Positions 26,951-37,328 are shown, counted from the stretch's first letter. The stretch is DNA of 64,000 bases from Bdellovibrionales bacterium RIFOXYD12_FULL_39_22 (GCA_001770205.1 MEQL01000025.1:1-64000); one strand, 5' to 3'. Program-made: numbers and translations. Notes: generated by a model from the sequence alone, not told the origin.

Positions 26951-28442
26951 AGGGGAAATGGTTTCATCAAGAGCGGTTTTTTTATTCGTTACAATAATAA
27001 CAACACTCATTGGCCTGCGCAGTAATAGTGCATGGGCCAATGATCTTCAACTGGCCGATAACGAAGTAGTAAAACTTTTTTCGGAAATGCCAAAAGAAGT
27101 TCACCTGGCCGCTAGTTGTCTTGCTTGCCACAAAGAAAAACTGAGTGAATTAGAACAAAGCATCCACGGCAAAGCGGGATTGTTATCTCAACACCCTCCA
27201 GGGGCAATCTGCCTTACCTGCCATGAAATCAACCATCGCTCTAATAAACCCATCAGCATTGAAAAAAATAATTTGGATTTTTCTCATGCGCTCCCAAAGG
27301 AGCGGGCATGTATGAAGTGTCATGGCTCGGAAGCTCTGGCAGCTCAGTTTGGTTTTTCGCCTCACGTTCCTAGCGAATTCGAAGAGTCTATGCATTACCG
27401 CAAAGTAACAATTGGAGAAAAGAAGGCCCCTCTTTGCTTTGACTGTCATGGAGCACATAACGTACAAAGCATGCAGGCGCCAAATTCTTTAAAAAATAGT
27501 CCGGCAGAACGCGCCAAAGTATGTTCAAAATGTCATCGCGGTTCCAATGAAACATTTGCCATGACCTTTGACCATCGACCTACCACTTGGGAAGAAAAAC
27601 CGCTGCAATACGCCGTCATTGCTATGTTTAAAACGCTAACGCTGGGAACCTTCGTGGGCCTGGGCCTCTTCATGTTATTAGATATTTCCAGTCTTATTCG
27701 CTGTATTGTTTTTAGAAAAAAAATGGGACTGCACGCTCATCACAAACCAAAAAAAGTGGAATATGTCGAACGACTTACCGCCTCACAACGTTGGCAACAT
27801 TTTTTTATGCTCTCTAGTGTTCTCACATTAGTGGTGACCGGCTGGCCGCTTTTTTCTCCCGAATCAGAAACTTCTATCGCTGTTATGAATTTATTAGGCG
27901 GTGCCGGAACGGTGGCCATTATCCACCGCACCGCTGGCCTGGTAATGATCGCGGACTTCCTATACCATCTCTATTACCTCTTCACACTCTTTCGCAAAGG
28001 TGGAAAAATTTTGGCCTTCCCAATGCTACCCACGCCTAAAGACGTTATAGATGCTTGGGGGTTAATCCTCTTTTTCTTTGGCCTACGAAAAGATAAACCG
28101 GCCTTCAAGCAATTTGCTTTTTTTGAAAAATTTGATTATTGGGCAGTATTTTGGGGTGTGGCCATGATGGGTTTTAGTGGACTTATGTTGATGTTTCCCA
28201 CCGTTGTAACTCGTGTTTTACCCTCTTGGTCTGTTAGCTTGTCTGAAATTATTCATGCCGATGAATCCTTACTTGCCGGAGTAGTACTAATTATCTGGCA
28301 CTTCTATAACGTCCACTTTAAACCTGGAATTTTCCCAATGAATTGGGCCTGGTTGTCAGGGAAAATGCCAAAACATCACTACGAAGAAGAGCACGCCGCT
28401 CACGTGGAAGAGTTGAAAAAAGAAGGAAAGTGGAAAGAATAA
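26943..28442 (+). CDS. Pentaheme cytochrome c fused to a cytochrome b (FdnI/Ni-hydrogenase b-type) membrane domain; CbcL-like quinol oxidoreductase
   Basis: CLACH, CLTCH, CMKCH, CFDCH, CSKCH; then QRWQH, IIHRTAG, EKFDYWAVFWG, IIHADE, IWHFYNVH. True start may be ATG 26958. Confidence 0.88.
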   Translation: MSRGEMVSSRAVFLFVTIITTLIGLRSNSAWANDLQLADNEVVKLFSEMPKEVHLAASCLACHKEKLSELEQSIHGKAGLLSQHPPGAICLTCHEINHRSNKPISIEKNNLDFSHALPKERACMKCHGSEALAAQFGFSPHVPSEFEESMHYRKVTIGEKKAPLCFDCHGAHNVQSMQAPNSLKNSPAERAKVCSKCHRGSNETFAMTFDHRPTTWEEKPLQYAVIAMFKTLTLGTFVGLGLFMLLDISSLIRCIVFRKKMGLHAHHKPKKVEYVERLTASQRWQHFFMLSSVLTLVVTGWPLFSPESETSIAVMNLLGGAGTVAIIHRTAGLVMIADFLYHLYYLFTLFRKGGKILAFPMLPTPKDVIDAWGLILFFFGLRKDKPAFKQFAFFEKFDYWAVFWGVAMMGFSGLMLMFPTVVTRVLPSWSVSLSEIIHADESLLAGVVLIIWHFYNVHFKPGIFPMNWAWLSGKMPKHHYEEEHAAHVEELKKEGKWKE

Positions 28443-28448
28443 TTTTTC

Positions 28449-28874
28449 CTATTTTTTTATTGGCCCAGCAGTAGAAATACTTTTGATTACATTCAAAACC
28501 TTGGTTTTAAGAGCACTCTCCTCGAAAGGTTTTACCATAAAATTTTTAGCGCCATTTTTTATGGCATTTTCTAATACGGTTTTATCCAGTTCACCAGACA
28601 CAATGATGATGCTATTGAGATTTTGATTTTTCATTTCTTTAATTTGCGAAAGAATTTTTACCCCATCTTTTTTAGGAAGATTTAGATCCAGCAATATTAC
28701 ATCAAACTGCTGATTAGATAACTTATTCGTGGCCGTGACACCATCGTTGGCAACAATAATATTTTTAAAAATTCCAATTCCTTCCAGACAAAGCGAAATC
28801 ACTTCGCAAATATTTGGGTCATCATCTATTACCATAGCATTATATCGCGCTACCATCTTATTGTCCTGCCTCAT
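28449..28874 (-). CDS. Single-domain response regulator (CheY-like)
   Basis: VIDDD, DVILLDLNLP, VSG, VKPF. Confidence 0.9.
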   Translation of the reverse strand: MRQDNKMVARYNAMVIDDDPNICEVISLCLEGIGIFKNIIVANDGVTATNKLSNQQFDVILLDLNLPKKDGVKILSQIKEMKNQNLNSIIIVSGELDKTVLENAIKNGAKNFMVKPFEESALKTKVLNVIKSISTAGPIKK

Positions 28875-28972
28875 ATAAGTTTGTGAAACATAATATTCAC
28901 TATTACTAAATTATATGGCCTCATCTTTTCTTTTTCAACTGACAATTCCTCAAGCAAAAATCACCCACTTTT

Positions 28973-29073
28973 TGTAAATTGTTTAGACGCCCTCACAAAA
29001 AATAGACGGCCCTCCATGCCAACTACTGTCAATCATTTGCGCAAAACGGTCAGGTTCTGGCATATATCTTGTA
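28973..29073 (+). promoter_or_regulatory. Candidate enhancer site TGTAAATTGTTTAGACG (28973-28989) plus sigma54-like promoter TGGCATATATCTTGTA (29058-29073)
   Basis: GG-N10-GT (one mismatch at -12); geometry identical to the 42478-42578 promoter. Confidence 0.5.
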
Positions 29074-29085
29074 ATGTAGCTCACT

Positions 29086-29835
29086 ATGAATAAAAAATTA
29101 GTGCTGCCACTATGTGCATTACTCTCTCTCTCTCTGCTTTTTCCACTATCTGCCGAAGAAAGTAGTGACAACGAAATTGATTGTGAGAAAGATGAGGAAC
29201 TTACCAAGGAACTTACTGCTAAGGTAAAGAAGTTGGAAGATGAGCTGGAAGAGATTTATGAAACGCTTGAATTAGCAAACAGCACAGATAGCGCATTGGC
29301 CAAATTACAAAAAAAAATATCCAAAGATACTAGTGCTGACTTAATTGATCCACATCTCTCCGCTCAACTAGCGCAAATTCTAATAGATAATTTTGGCAAT
29401 GATTTCTTGACTGCCGCCCCACCTATTTTTCAATACAATGGCCCTTGGGCCACCCAATACGATCCATATAGTGGTGCCATTACTGATCCCTATGTCGTAG
29501 AGGCATACCAATTTAAAAACAGTATGGCCTCTCAGATCCCTTACGGATACGGACTAGATTTTCACAACTATCTCGAAAATAGCGGTATTGCCAAAAATTT
29601 TAGTAATGACTTGGCAGAGTACTACAATCCCAATATTGGAAATAATACTCCCCGCGAAAGTATCGATAGAATGAACACCACTCACACTTTTGTCCCCTCT
29701 CGCAATGATTATCGCTACTATCAATTCGAACCGGCCACCAAACCGGCCGACCCTTCCTACCTAAATGAACATCTCTTTTATGATTTTGATCAAAAGACAG
29801 TTGAATTAAATGAGAGTGAGCTTATTTGGATTTAA
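29086..29835 (+). CDS. Secreted hypothetical protein with N-terminal coiled coil
   Basis: Signal peptide ending LSA; heptad region ELTKELTAKVKKLEDELEE. Confidence 0.7.
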   Translation: MNKKLVLPLCALLSLSLLFPLSAEESSDNEIDCEKDEELTKELTAKVKKLEDELEEIYETLELANSTDSALAKLQKKISKDTSADLIDPHLSAQLAQILIDNFGNDFLTAAPPIFQYNGPWATQYDPYSGAITDPYVVEAYQFKNSMASQIPYGYGLDFHNYLENSGIAKNFSNDLAEYYNPNIGNNTPRESIDRMNTTHTFVPSRNDYRYYQFEPATKPADPSYLNEHLFYDFDQKTVELNESELIWI

Positions 29836-30620
29836 TTTGCTTGGCCGATCCACGACTTAGGGAAGACCTCTCCTGCTCCAATATGAGTTTTGGGCATTAC
29901 TACCGCATGTGGAGCAACATAGGCTCCCTCTCCCACCACGACATCCCCCATAATGCTGGCCTTAAGCCCTACCGTAGAACCATTTTTTATTAACACCGGA
30001 GCACAAACCACAAATCCTTTCTGAGCGTAATGAGCAAAGATCGTTACCGAGCCTCCGATTGTGACATAATCTCCCACTGTGATTAAACAAGGATCTGAGA
30101 TGTTGGCAGTATTAACAATGGATCCCTTGCCTATTTTCATCCCCATTAAACGTAGGTAGAGAACATTTAAAGGCGAAGGAGTAATAAACTCTAAAAATGT
30201 ATAACGAACCAAATAATGAAGCGCATTGTGAGTAGACCAGGCCAATGATTGATTGGAAAACCAAGGTGCACGATAAGGACGAAGTTTAAAGGGATTTAAA
30301 AAATTAAAAAATGGAACGACAAAGATGATGGACAGGCCATAGGCAAGATAAGCGGCCCCTAATGTCACTGCTTGCGCCAACGCCGCCACCACAAAATGAC
30401 TATTAGCAACTGCCGACGAAATGGCCTTATAAATCATCATCCCGGGAAAAAGGGATAACCCAATAGAGAAAATATAGGCCCCCACCATTCCTACCATTAC
30501 CGCTAAATAGGCCAGCGTACGAAATCTCCGGATAAAAGTCTCGCCCAATCCTTTCCATCCAGTAAGTTCCGAGTTCTTTGATAGAACGTCAATCCGCTTT
30601 TCTTTTTCAGGAACACTCAT
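29832..30620 (-). CDS. Membrane-anchored left-handed beta-helix (hexapeptide repeat) acyltransferase-like protein
   Basis: TMs, then LMGMKIGKGSIVN, ITVGDYVTIG, VVVGEGAYVA. Confidence 0.8.
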   Translation of the reverse strand: MSVPEKEKRIDVLSKNSELTGWKGLGETFIRRFRTLAYLAVMVGMVGAYIFSIGLSLFPGMMIYKAISSAVANSHFVVAALAQAVTLGAAYLAYGLSIIFVVPFFNFLNPFKLRPYRAPWFSNQSLAWSTHNALHYLVRYTFLEFITPSPLNVLYLRLMGMKIGKGSIVNTANISDPCLITVGDYVTIGGSVTIFAHYAQKGFVVCAPVLIKNGSTVGLKASIMGDVVVGEGAYVAPHAVVMPKTHIGAGEVFPKSWIGQAN

Positions 30621-31702
30621 TGCAAATTCTCCAACTGATTTTTCTGAATGCCAATTGATTCGGCGTGAATAGTTTGAAACAGATTATTTACAAAATCACC
30701 ACTCAATCCACAAGAAGTTCCATAGGCCAAACGATCATGAATGATTTCCTTCCAGCGATCAGATTGATAAAGAGATAAGTTAGAATGTGACTTAAGATAA
30801 GCAATCTTCTTTACTACTTCCATGCGCGAAGACATTGCATCTAAAATATCTTGATCGAAGCGATCTATTTCCTCTCGAAGGGCGGTTAACTCACACATAA
30901 CTTTTTTATCTTCTGCCAAACTATCTCGTCTTTTTAGGCCGGCCAATAGTGTTTGCAAGGTGTTGGGGTATAACTGTTGGGCCTTATCACTTAGTGCTAA
31001 CTCCGGCCGATAATGTGATTCAATCATTAGTCCATCAAAATTTAAATCTAGCGCATATTGCGCTAACTCCGCCACATACTCGCTCTTTCCCGCAATATGA
31101 CTAGGATCAACAATAATGGGAAGTGAAGGGAATTTCTGTTTTAAGGCAAAGGCCATAGACCAGTTAGGATTATTTCTATATTTCTGTGGACGAAAGCTAT
31201 AACATCCGCGATGAATAGCTGCCATTTTAGAAATACCTACTGCATAAATCCGTTCAATGCTTCCAATCCAAGCATCTAAATCAGCATGCATTGGATTTTT
31301 TACCATCACCACCAACTCGCTCTGGCCTCTAAGTGCCGAAGCAATTTCTTCCACATAAAAAGGATTCACCGTAGTTCGCGCCCCCAGCCAAACTGCATCA
31401 ACTTTATGCTCCACTGCTACTTCTGCTTGCTCTTTAGTCCCCACCTCAACAGCAATTTTAAGGCCAGTTTTTTCCCGAACCTCTTGCAGCCAAGCAAAGG
31501 CCTCCGGCCCGGCACCTTGAAAATTACCCGGCCTAGTCCGCGGCTTCCATACTCCGGCGCGAAAATAGTTAATCCCTGGAATTTTGGCAATCTGTATGGC
31601 CGTAGTTAGTAGCTGTTTGCGATTTTCTGCGGCACAGGGGCCAGCAATCACCAGCGGATGAGTAAAATCCCTAATCCAATCATTGAGTGGTTGAAAATTC
31701 AT
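30617..31702 (-). CDS. Bifunctional DAHP synthase (type I-beta)/chorismate mutase
   Basis: IAGPCAAE, WKPRT, LGART, IVDPSH, DGLMIESH; C-terminal AroQ-type LREEIDRFD...R. Confidence 0.9.
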   Translation of the reverse strand: MNFQPLNDWIRDFTHPLVIAGPCAAENRKQLLTTAIQIAKIPGINYFRAGVWKPRTRPGNFQGAGPEAFAWLQEVREKTGLKIAVEVGTKEQAEVAVEHKVDAVWLGARTTVNPFYVEEIASALRGQSELVVMVKNPMHADLDAWIGSIERIYAVGISKMAAIHRGCYSFRPQKYRNNPNWSMAFALKQKFPSLPIIVDPSHIAGKSEYVAELAQYALDLNFDGLMIESHYRPELALSDKAQQLYPNTLQTLLAGLKRRDSLAEDKKVMCELTALREEIDRFDQDILDAMSSRMEVVKKIAYLKSHSNLSLYQSDRWKEIIHDRLAYGTSCGLSGDFVNNLFQTIHAESIGIQKNQLENLQ

Positions 31703-31797
31703 AAGATCTGCTTATATATATTGGATACACGACAAGTTCAAGAAAGTTGATGAGATATTAACAATATTACAGAGTAAAAAGGATAATCGGCCAAACA

Positions 31798-32586
31798 CTA
31801 TTTGAAAATCTCCGAGGCCTTGTCCTCCGCTTGATCCTCTTTAATAAATAAAAAGCTGTTTTTTACATCACGCCCATGACAATCAACGCATCCCCACCCC
31901 GGCCGCATTAAACGTTTACCACCCTCATGGCAGCGCTCACACTTGCCAGCATAGGTTCTGGCCACCTTGTTATGCCATCCTAGGCGAAAATATTTTTCAT
32001 GTGGAATATCTACGTGGCAAGCATCACAGCTAGGCAGCTTCGAGGCCCCATATTTTTTGGCAAACTCTCCATCTTTTTTGTGACAATCCAAGCAGGATAT
32101 TTTAACCACTTTCTTCTTCTCTTCTTGCACATATGATTGGCCATGATTTTTGGCCAATGCCCAAGACTTCGGATGTGGATAATTATGACATTTAAAGCAG
32201 ACCGAAGCACTATTGATTCCCTTGCTACCACCATCCAATCGGTGACAATCTATGCACATCTGCGGTTTTTTCAAATATGCTTTTCCATGCGAACTCCCTT
32301 TCGCAAACTGCTTTTCATGTGGATAGGCCTGATGACAGCGATCACAACTTTTTTTGGAAGGCCCGCCTTTAAAATCTGTTCCGTGACACTTCTGGCAAAG
32401 TTCTTTATTTTTTTGAAAACACTCTCCACCGTGATCTTTGGTTGATCTGAATTTTTCGGTGTGAGAGTAACAGTTTTTGCTCTCTTTTATCATTGAGAAC
32501 ATCTCCTCTTGGGCCATTAGTCCGCCGGCCAGCAAAAACGAGATTACTAATAGAAACTTGGGGGTAAAATTGTATTTTGTTTTCAT
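31798..32586 (-). CDS. Periplasmic octaheme cytochrome c
   Basis: Eight CxxCH motifs (CQKCH, CDRCH, CIDCH, CFKCH, CLDCH, CDACH, CERCH, CVDCH); signal peptide from ATG 32586. Confidence 0.88.
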   Translation of the reverse strand: MKTKYNFTPKFLLVISFLLAGGLMAQEEMFSMIKESKNCYSHTEKFRSTKDHGGECFQKNKELCQKCHGTDFKGGPSKKSCDRCHQAYPHEKQFAKGSSHGKAYLKKPQMCIDCHRLDGGSKGINSASVCFKCHNYPHPKSWALAKNHGQSYVQEEKKKVVKISCLDCHKKDGEFAKKYGASKLPSCDACHVDIPHEKYFRLGWHNKVARTYAGKCERCHEGGKRLMRPGWGCVDCHGRDVKNSFLFIKEDQAEDKASEIFK

Positions 32587-32722
32587 GACACTGTTTTCGT
32601 AAAAAAATGTCTGTTTCTTGAGAACTTTATTTGCCAATCAAATTTTCGTATGAAACACTTTTTGTCAGGAAAAATTTAACACAATAGCAAACTATTATTG
32701 TCAGTATTAAAAAGGAGATTGA

Positions 32723-33586
32723 ATGAAACTAATTATTACCATTATTACCATTTCCCTTATTATTCCACTATCCCTGTATGCTAACCTCCCAATCGATACT
32801 GTTAGCTTCGTACCCGAAAATAATTTGCGCGTTACTATTTATGATAAAAATGCATCTAACGTAACAGAGCAAGATTTTAACGCAATTTTGGACAAAGTAG
32901 AGAGCATCTACGCCTCCATCGTTGCCGAAAAAGGTGGACGCCTGGAGGTAGTACGCAATTGGGGAGATTCAACAGTAAACGCTTATGCCAATCGCGAAGG
33001 CGCCAATTGGAAAATTCATATGTTTGGTGGACTGGCCAGACACAATAGTATGACTCATGATGGTTTTGTTCTAGTGGCCTGCCATGAGTTAGGCCATCAA
33101 ATTGGTGGAGCACCTAAAGGACGAACCCTCTTTTTTAAAAGTTGGGCCTCCAATGAAGGCCAATCGGACTATTTTGCAGCACTCAAATGTTTAAAACGAG
33201 TTTTTGAGAAGGAAGATAACATTACTGATGTGGCCTCTATGCAGGTTGATCCTGTTGCCGCTAACGCTTGTGAGCAAAGTCTCCCAAATCTCTATGAGCA
33301 AAGTATTTGTAAACGAGTGGCAATGGCCGGACAATCTGTGGCCAGATTATTTGCTGCTTTGGGCGGCGGAAGTGGCAGCTTTTCTACTCCTGATAGAAAC
33401 GTAGTCTCTCGTACTAATAATTCGCATCCTTCTACACAATGTCGTCTAGATACCTACTTGGCCGGAGCACTCTGCCATCAAGATCCATATCTAGACTTAA
33501 GTGACAAAGATGAGCAGATCGGTGCTTGTAATGAGGCAGAAGGCCACACTATCGGTTTTCGGCCACGTTGCTGGTATCGTCCATAA
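32723..33586 (+). CDS. Secreted zinc metalloprotease-like protein (HExxH, M48-like)
   Basis: VNAYA, GGL, CHELGH, NEGQSDYFA, HP..QCR; signal peptide; AAGGAG RBS. Confidence 0.75.
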   Translation: MKLIITIITISLIIPLSLYANLPIDTVSFVPENNLRVTIYDKNASNVTEQDFNAILDKVESIYASIVAEKGGRLEVVRNWGDSTVNAYANREGANWKIHMFGGLARHNSMTHDGFVLVACHELGHQIGGAPKGRTLFFKSWASNEGQSDYFAALKCLKRVFEKEDNITDVASMQVDPVAANACEQSLPNLYEQSICKRVAMAGQSVARLFAALGGGSGSFSTPDRNVVSRTNNSHPSTQCRLDTYLAGALCHQDPYLDLSDKDEQIGACNEAEGHTIGFRPRCWYRP

Positions 33587-33733
33587 ATAAGAGATAAGAT
33601 ATCTACTACCTGGGCCTGCCTATATTTTAAGCGGCCATGTAATTATTAGCTGATGGCGCCCAGGGGTATGACATACACAAAATAGTAAAGTAAAATTCTC
33701 TTATTTGAGTATCTACTTCTTTGGAGGATTTTT

Positions 33734-34327
33734 ATGTCTAGCAAAGTGATTAAAACCATTTCATTTTATTTGCTAGCTATAATTATTGCAGCAATGGGCA
33801 AACTCTTTGCTTATGAACCAGGTTTAGGAATAGAGTCTTGCGTTGGTTGCCATCCCACCAAAAACTATGGAGGTAACGGCCATGGTGGAATCGCTAAAAA
33901 TTGCTTTAACTGTCATGGAAAAAGTCGCTTTGATACCCCGTACCGTTATAATTTGAATGATGAAACAAATACCATATGCTACAGCTGTCACGAGCAATTT
34001 GACCCGGCCTTTGGCACCTATGGAAATCCTGCTGGTGGCCATCCAGTGGCCAAACATCCGGTAGCAGGAGGTAATGATATGCTCTATCCGGAAAAGGAAT
34101 TTTCCTGCGCTTCCTGCCATAATCCTCACGGTTCTCCGATGAGAGATATGTTTCGATATGAATCTCGCCCTGGCGAAGATCGCTGCAAGATCTGTCATAA
34201 TAAAATTCTCTATGGTAATGGCAACCGCCGGCAACCGCCCCCTTGGGAAATCACCGATGGCAAAGTAGATTTCAAGGATATTCCGAAGCGTCCACCTCGT
34301 GTACTAGGAAAAAAACGACTTTTGTAA
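33734..34327 (+). CDS. Periplasmic pentaheme cytochrome c (paired-CxxCH type)
   Basis: CVGCH, CFNCH, CYSCH, CASCHNPHGS, CKICH; signal peptide; GGAGG RBS. Confidence 0.88.
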   Translation: MSSKVIKTISFYLLAIIIAAMGKLFAYEPGLGIESCVGCHPTKNYGGNGHGGIAKNCFNCHGKSRFDTPYRYNLNDETNTICYSCHEQFDPAFGTYGNPAGGHPVAKHPVAGGNDMLYPEKEFSCASCHNPHGSPMRDMFRYESRPGEDRCKICHNKILYGNGNRRQPPPWEITDGKVDFKDIPKRPPRVLGKKRLL

Positions 34328-34356
34328 TTATTTAAAATTCGCGGTAAACTTTCAGC

Positions 34357-35223
34357 ATGGCAAATGGCCGAATCAAACTACTCTTTTTTTTGTCGCTTTT
34401 TTTTCTTATTTTCAACATAGCGACAATTGAAGCATCTCAGACTGCCTATATCTCTAGTGACACGGCCGTGATATATGCTGACAGCAGCCTTACAGCTCCC
34501 ATTGGATTTGCTCGTAATGGCCGGCAGGTTTTAGTAGGAGAAGTACCTAGAAAAAACGGCACTGTTTTACCCATTTACGTGTCCGGCAAAATTGGTTATA
34601 TAAAAATTTCCGATATAATTACTGAAGGGGGCAAAAGAGAAAAAAGTGAAAGCGAAATGACCTCCATCACTCGCGCTACTGATATCCCTGAAGAAAAAAA
34701 TTCTGCCATCGAACTGACCTATGCTCAGACCGCCCTCGGTAGTGATTGGAATAAATTTTCACAAACACTTGGCGAAGAAAGTAATGACAACGCTATTTAT
34801 AATTATCGTCTGGCCTACCAATATCTTCCTGATCGATGGAATCTTTTCTTAGGACTGGGTATAAGCTATAGCACAATCCTACAAGAGCGCGTTGCCTACG
34901 CACACTACGCCATAGATGCTACTCTTTACTGGAGCCTCTTTCGCACCTCTCCTCTGGCCTTAGACTTGTACGTGGGAGGATTTGCTATTCCGGCATTTTT
35001 GGTTGATTTGCAAATTAATAATAAAATCGAAACTCAAGAAGGTTGGGGGCTTGGAAATATGGCAGGTGCTCAATTGCGCTTTTTTCCTGGCCACCTTTTT
35101 AATTTAATCATCGGGGCCGATTATCGAGTGGCATATACCAAATCCAGCAGTAAAAATCCCGAGATAGAATTTGAGGGATTCGACGGTATTAGTTTTTTTG
35201 GCGGCCTTAGCGTACGTTTTTAA
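34357..35223 (+). CDS. Outer-membrane beta-barrel protein with SH3-like N-domain
   Basis: Signal peptide, AVIYAD...IGF..G...GYIK, alternating beta strands, terminal SVRF. Confidence 0.6.
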   Translation: MANGRIKLLFFLSLFFLIFNIATIEASQTAYISSDTAVIYADSSLTAPIGFARNGRQVLVGEVPRKNGTVLPIYVSGKIGYIKISDIITEGGKREKSESEMTSITRATDIPEEKNSAIELTYAQTALGSDWNKFSQTLGEESNDNAIYNYRLAYQYLPDRWNLFLGLGISYSTILQERVAYAHYAIDATLYWSLFRTSPLALDLYVGGFAIPAFLVDLQINNKIETQEGWGLGNMAGAQLRFFPGHLFNLIIGADYRVAYTKSSSKNPEIEFEGFDGISFFGGLSVRF

Positions 35224-35295
35224 TTTTTACTAAATTACCAACAATCCTGACCTACATCCCTTGCAAAATAAGAGTAAAACTGCAAAGCTCCTCTA

Positions 35296-36756
35296 ATGCA
35301 CAAAATTATTTTGGCCACAATAAATTCTAAGTACTCTCACTGCGCACTTGGCCTCCGTTATCTCTTGGCCAATCTAAAAGAGTTAATCTCAGAGACGTCT
35401 ATAAGAGAATTCACCTCCGAACAAAGGCCGGTTGATATTGCAGAAGAATTACTACAAGAAGATCCCACTATCGTTGCCCTTGGAATTTATATTTGGAATC
35501 TAGAAATTTCTACCGAAGTGGTAAAAATCATAAAGCAAATTAATCCTCAATGTTGCATAGTCCTTGGTGGGCCCGAAATTAGCTACGAATATCACCATCG
35601 TGAAATTTTTATACATTGCGATTTCCTAATTACCGGCGAGGCCGAAGAGGCCTTCTATAATCTCTGCCTTAGAATTTTATCTGGAGACAAATGCTCGCTT
35701 CCTAAAGTTATAACTCCTGCTCCTCCAGATCTAACTACTCTTACACTCCCTTACGATTACTATCTGCCGGCGGACATCCAAAATAGAATTATCTATTTAG
35801 AAGCATCTCGCGGCTGTCCTTACGGCTGCGAATTTTGCCTATCCTCCATTGGGCCCAACCTGCGCTATTTTAATATCGAACAAATTATGGCCGCCATCGA
35901 AGCTTTGTGGTCAAAAGGAGTGCGCTCATTCAAATTCATTGATCGTACTTTTAATTTACAAATTAATAGTTGTAAAAAAATCCTTTCCTATTTTTTGCAC
36001 AAATTACCCGAGACTTTTTTTATTCACTTTGAAATGGTACCGGATCTATTACCCGAAGAACTAAAAAAAATAGTTACTCAATTTCCGCCAGAACATTTGC
36101 AGTTTGAAATTGGAATTCAAACTTTTAATGAAGAAGTTTGCCATCGCATCGGCCGTAAACAAAACAGTCAGCAATCGATAGCAAACCTCTCCTTTCTTTT
36201 GGCCAAAACTTCTGTCCATTTACATACAGATCTCATCATTGGCCTTCCCGGAGAGAGCATCGAAAGCATTAAAAATAGCTTCGATAAACTTCTCTCTTTG
36301 GTGCCACATGAAATCCAAGTAGGTCTTTTAAAAAAATTAAAAGGAACTACTCTTGGCCGACACGATACTGCCTATCAAATGAAGTACTCTTTCAATACGC
36401 CTTACGAAATATTAGAAAATAGTGAAATTGATTTCATGACAATGCAACGACTAAAACGCTTTGCCCGCTTCTGGGAACTTTTCTATAATAAGAAAAATTT
36501 TCCCATGACACTGGCACTGCTATGGAATAATGACAAAAACAGTTCTCCCTTTGAACAATTTTGGAACTTTTCAGATTGGGCCTATGGCCATTTTAATAGA
36601 ACATTTCAAATATCTTTGAATCATCAGGCAGAGGCCTTGGCCAAATATTTAATAGAATTATTACTGATTGATAAACAGGAGATAGCAAAAACAATCAGCA
36701 TAGACTACCGGGGCAGAAAAAGAAATCTGCCCCCGTCGTTAATTAACTTATTTTAA
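35296..36756 (+). CDS. B12-binding domain radical SAM protein (DUF4080-type)
   Basis: INSKYSH..LGLRYL, IYIWN, LGGPE, GEAE, EASRGCPYGCEFCLSS, DRTFN, HTDLIIGLP. Confidence 0.88.
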   Translation: MHKIILATINSKYSHCALGLRYLLANLKELISETSIREFTSEQRPVDIAEELLQEDPTIVALGIYIWNLEISTEVVKIIKQINPQCCIVLGGPEISYEYHHREIFIHCDFLITGEAEEAFYNLCLRILSGDKCSLPKVITPAPPDLTTLTLPYDYYLPADIQNRIIYLEASRGCPYGCEFCLSSIGPNLRYFNIEQIMAAIEALWSKGVRSFKFIDRTFNLQINSCKKILSYFLHKLPETFFIHFEMVPDLLPEELKKIVTQFPPEHLQFEIGIQTFNEEVCHRIGRKQNSQQSIANLSFLLAKTSVHLHTDLIIGLPGESIESIKNSFDKLLSLVPHEIQVGLLKKLKGTTLGRHDTAYQMKYSFNTPYEILENSEIDFMTMQRLKRFARFWELFYNKKNFPMTLALLWNNDKNSSPFEQFWNFSDWAYGHFNRTFQISLNHQAEALAKYLIELLLIDKQEIAKTISIDYRGRKRNLPPSLINLF

Positions 36757-37071
36757 CTACGCCTCTTGAATTGCTGACTCCTCGTCGAGAGCACGCCCAG
36801 CTCTGCCTTCCTGCAACGCTAAATAGCTATCCAAGGTAGCATCATGGTCACGTAACATGGCCTGCTTCAATCCTTCTGGATTGATATCTAATACTTCAGA
36901 AACCTTCCGTAACATTTTGAGTGGAATATTGCATAGGCCACGCTCAACATTGCTTATAAATTGGCCGTTTTTATAACCTAAAATTTCCGACAATTCGGCC
37001 TGAGAATAAGATTTTGGATGGCCAACTCTTTTTTCACGTATTAATTTTGCTATATGCTTAAATGATCTCAT
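36757..37071 (-). CDS. XRE-family HTH transcriptional regulator
   Basis: YSQAELSEILGYKNGQFISNVERG; AAGGAGG RBS. Confidence 0.9.
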   Translation of the reverse strand: MRSFKHIAKLIREKRVGHPKSYSQAELSEILGYKNGQFISNVERGLCNIPLKMLRKVSEVLDINPEGLKQAMLRDHDATLDSYLALQEGRAGRALDEESAIQEA

Positions 37072-37328
37072 AAATTCCTCCTTACAATGGGTTATTTGCT
37101 CCGCGTCTAAATTTTTTCTCTTCTTGCTTGAAGATACTCGCTTATCAGATTATCTGTAAGAGTTGTTTAGGGGGAGTTAATGGGGGGCGAATTCCAACCC
37201 TACCCTTGCGCGTGGCATTAAAACAAAAAGCAGCGGTTTTATTATTATTTTTATTTGGATATATAATTAAATTTATCGTAATAATATAATATCTGTTCAC
37301 TATACATAATACATACTCTTGGGGGCAT

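Noticed and set aside
33640..33668. Fluoride riboswitch-like GCTGATGGCGCC
   Set aside because: The 5' GGNGAUGG..UUC.CC element is absent and the downstream gene is not fluoride-related.
35272..35287. 16-mer GAGTAAAACTGCAAAG identical to 42469-42484
   Set aside because: About one such match is plausible by chance in AT-rich 64 kb; orientation relative to the genes differs and there is no -24 GG here.
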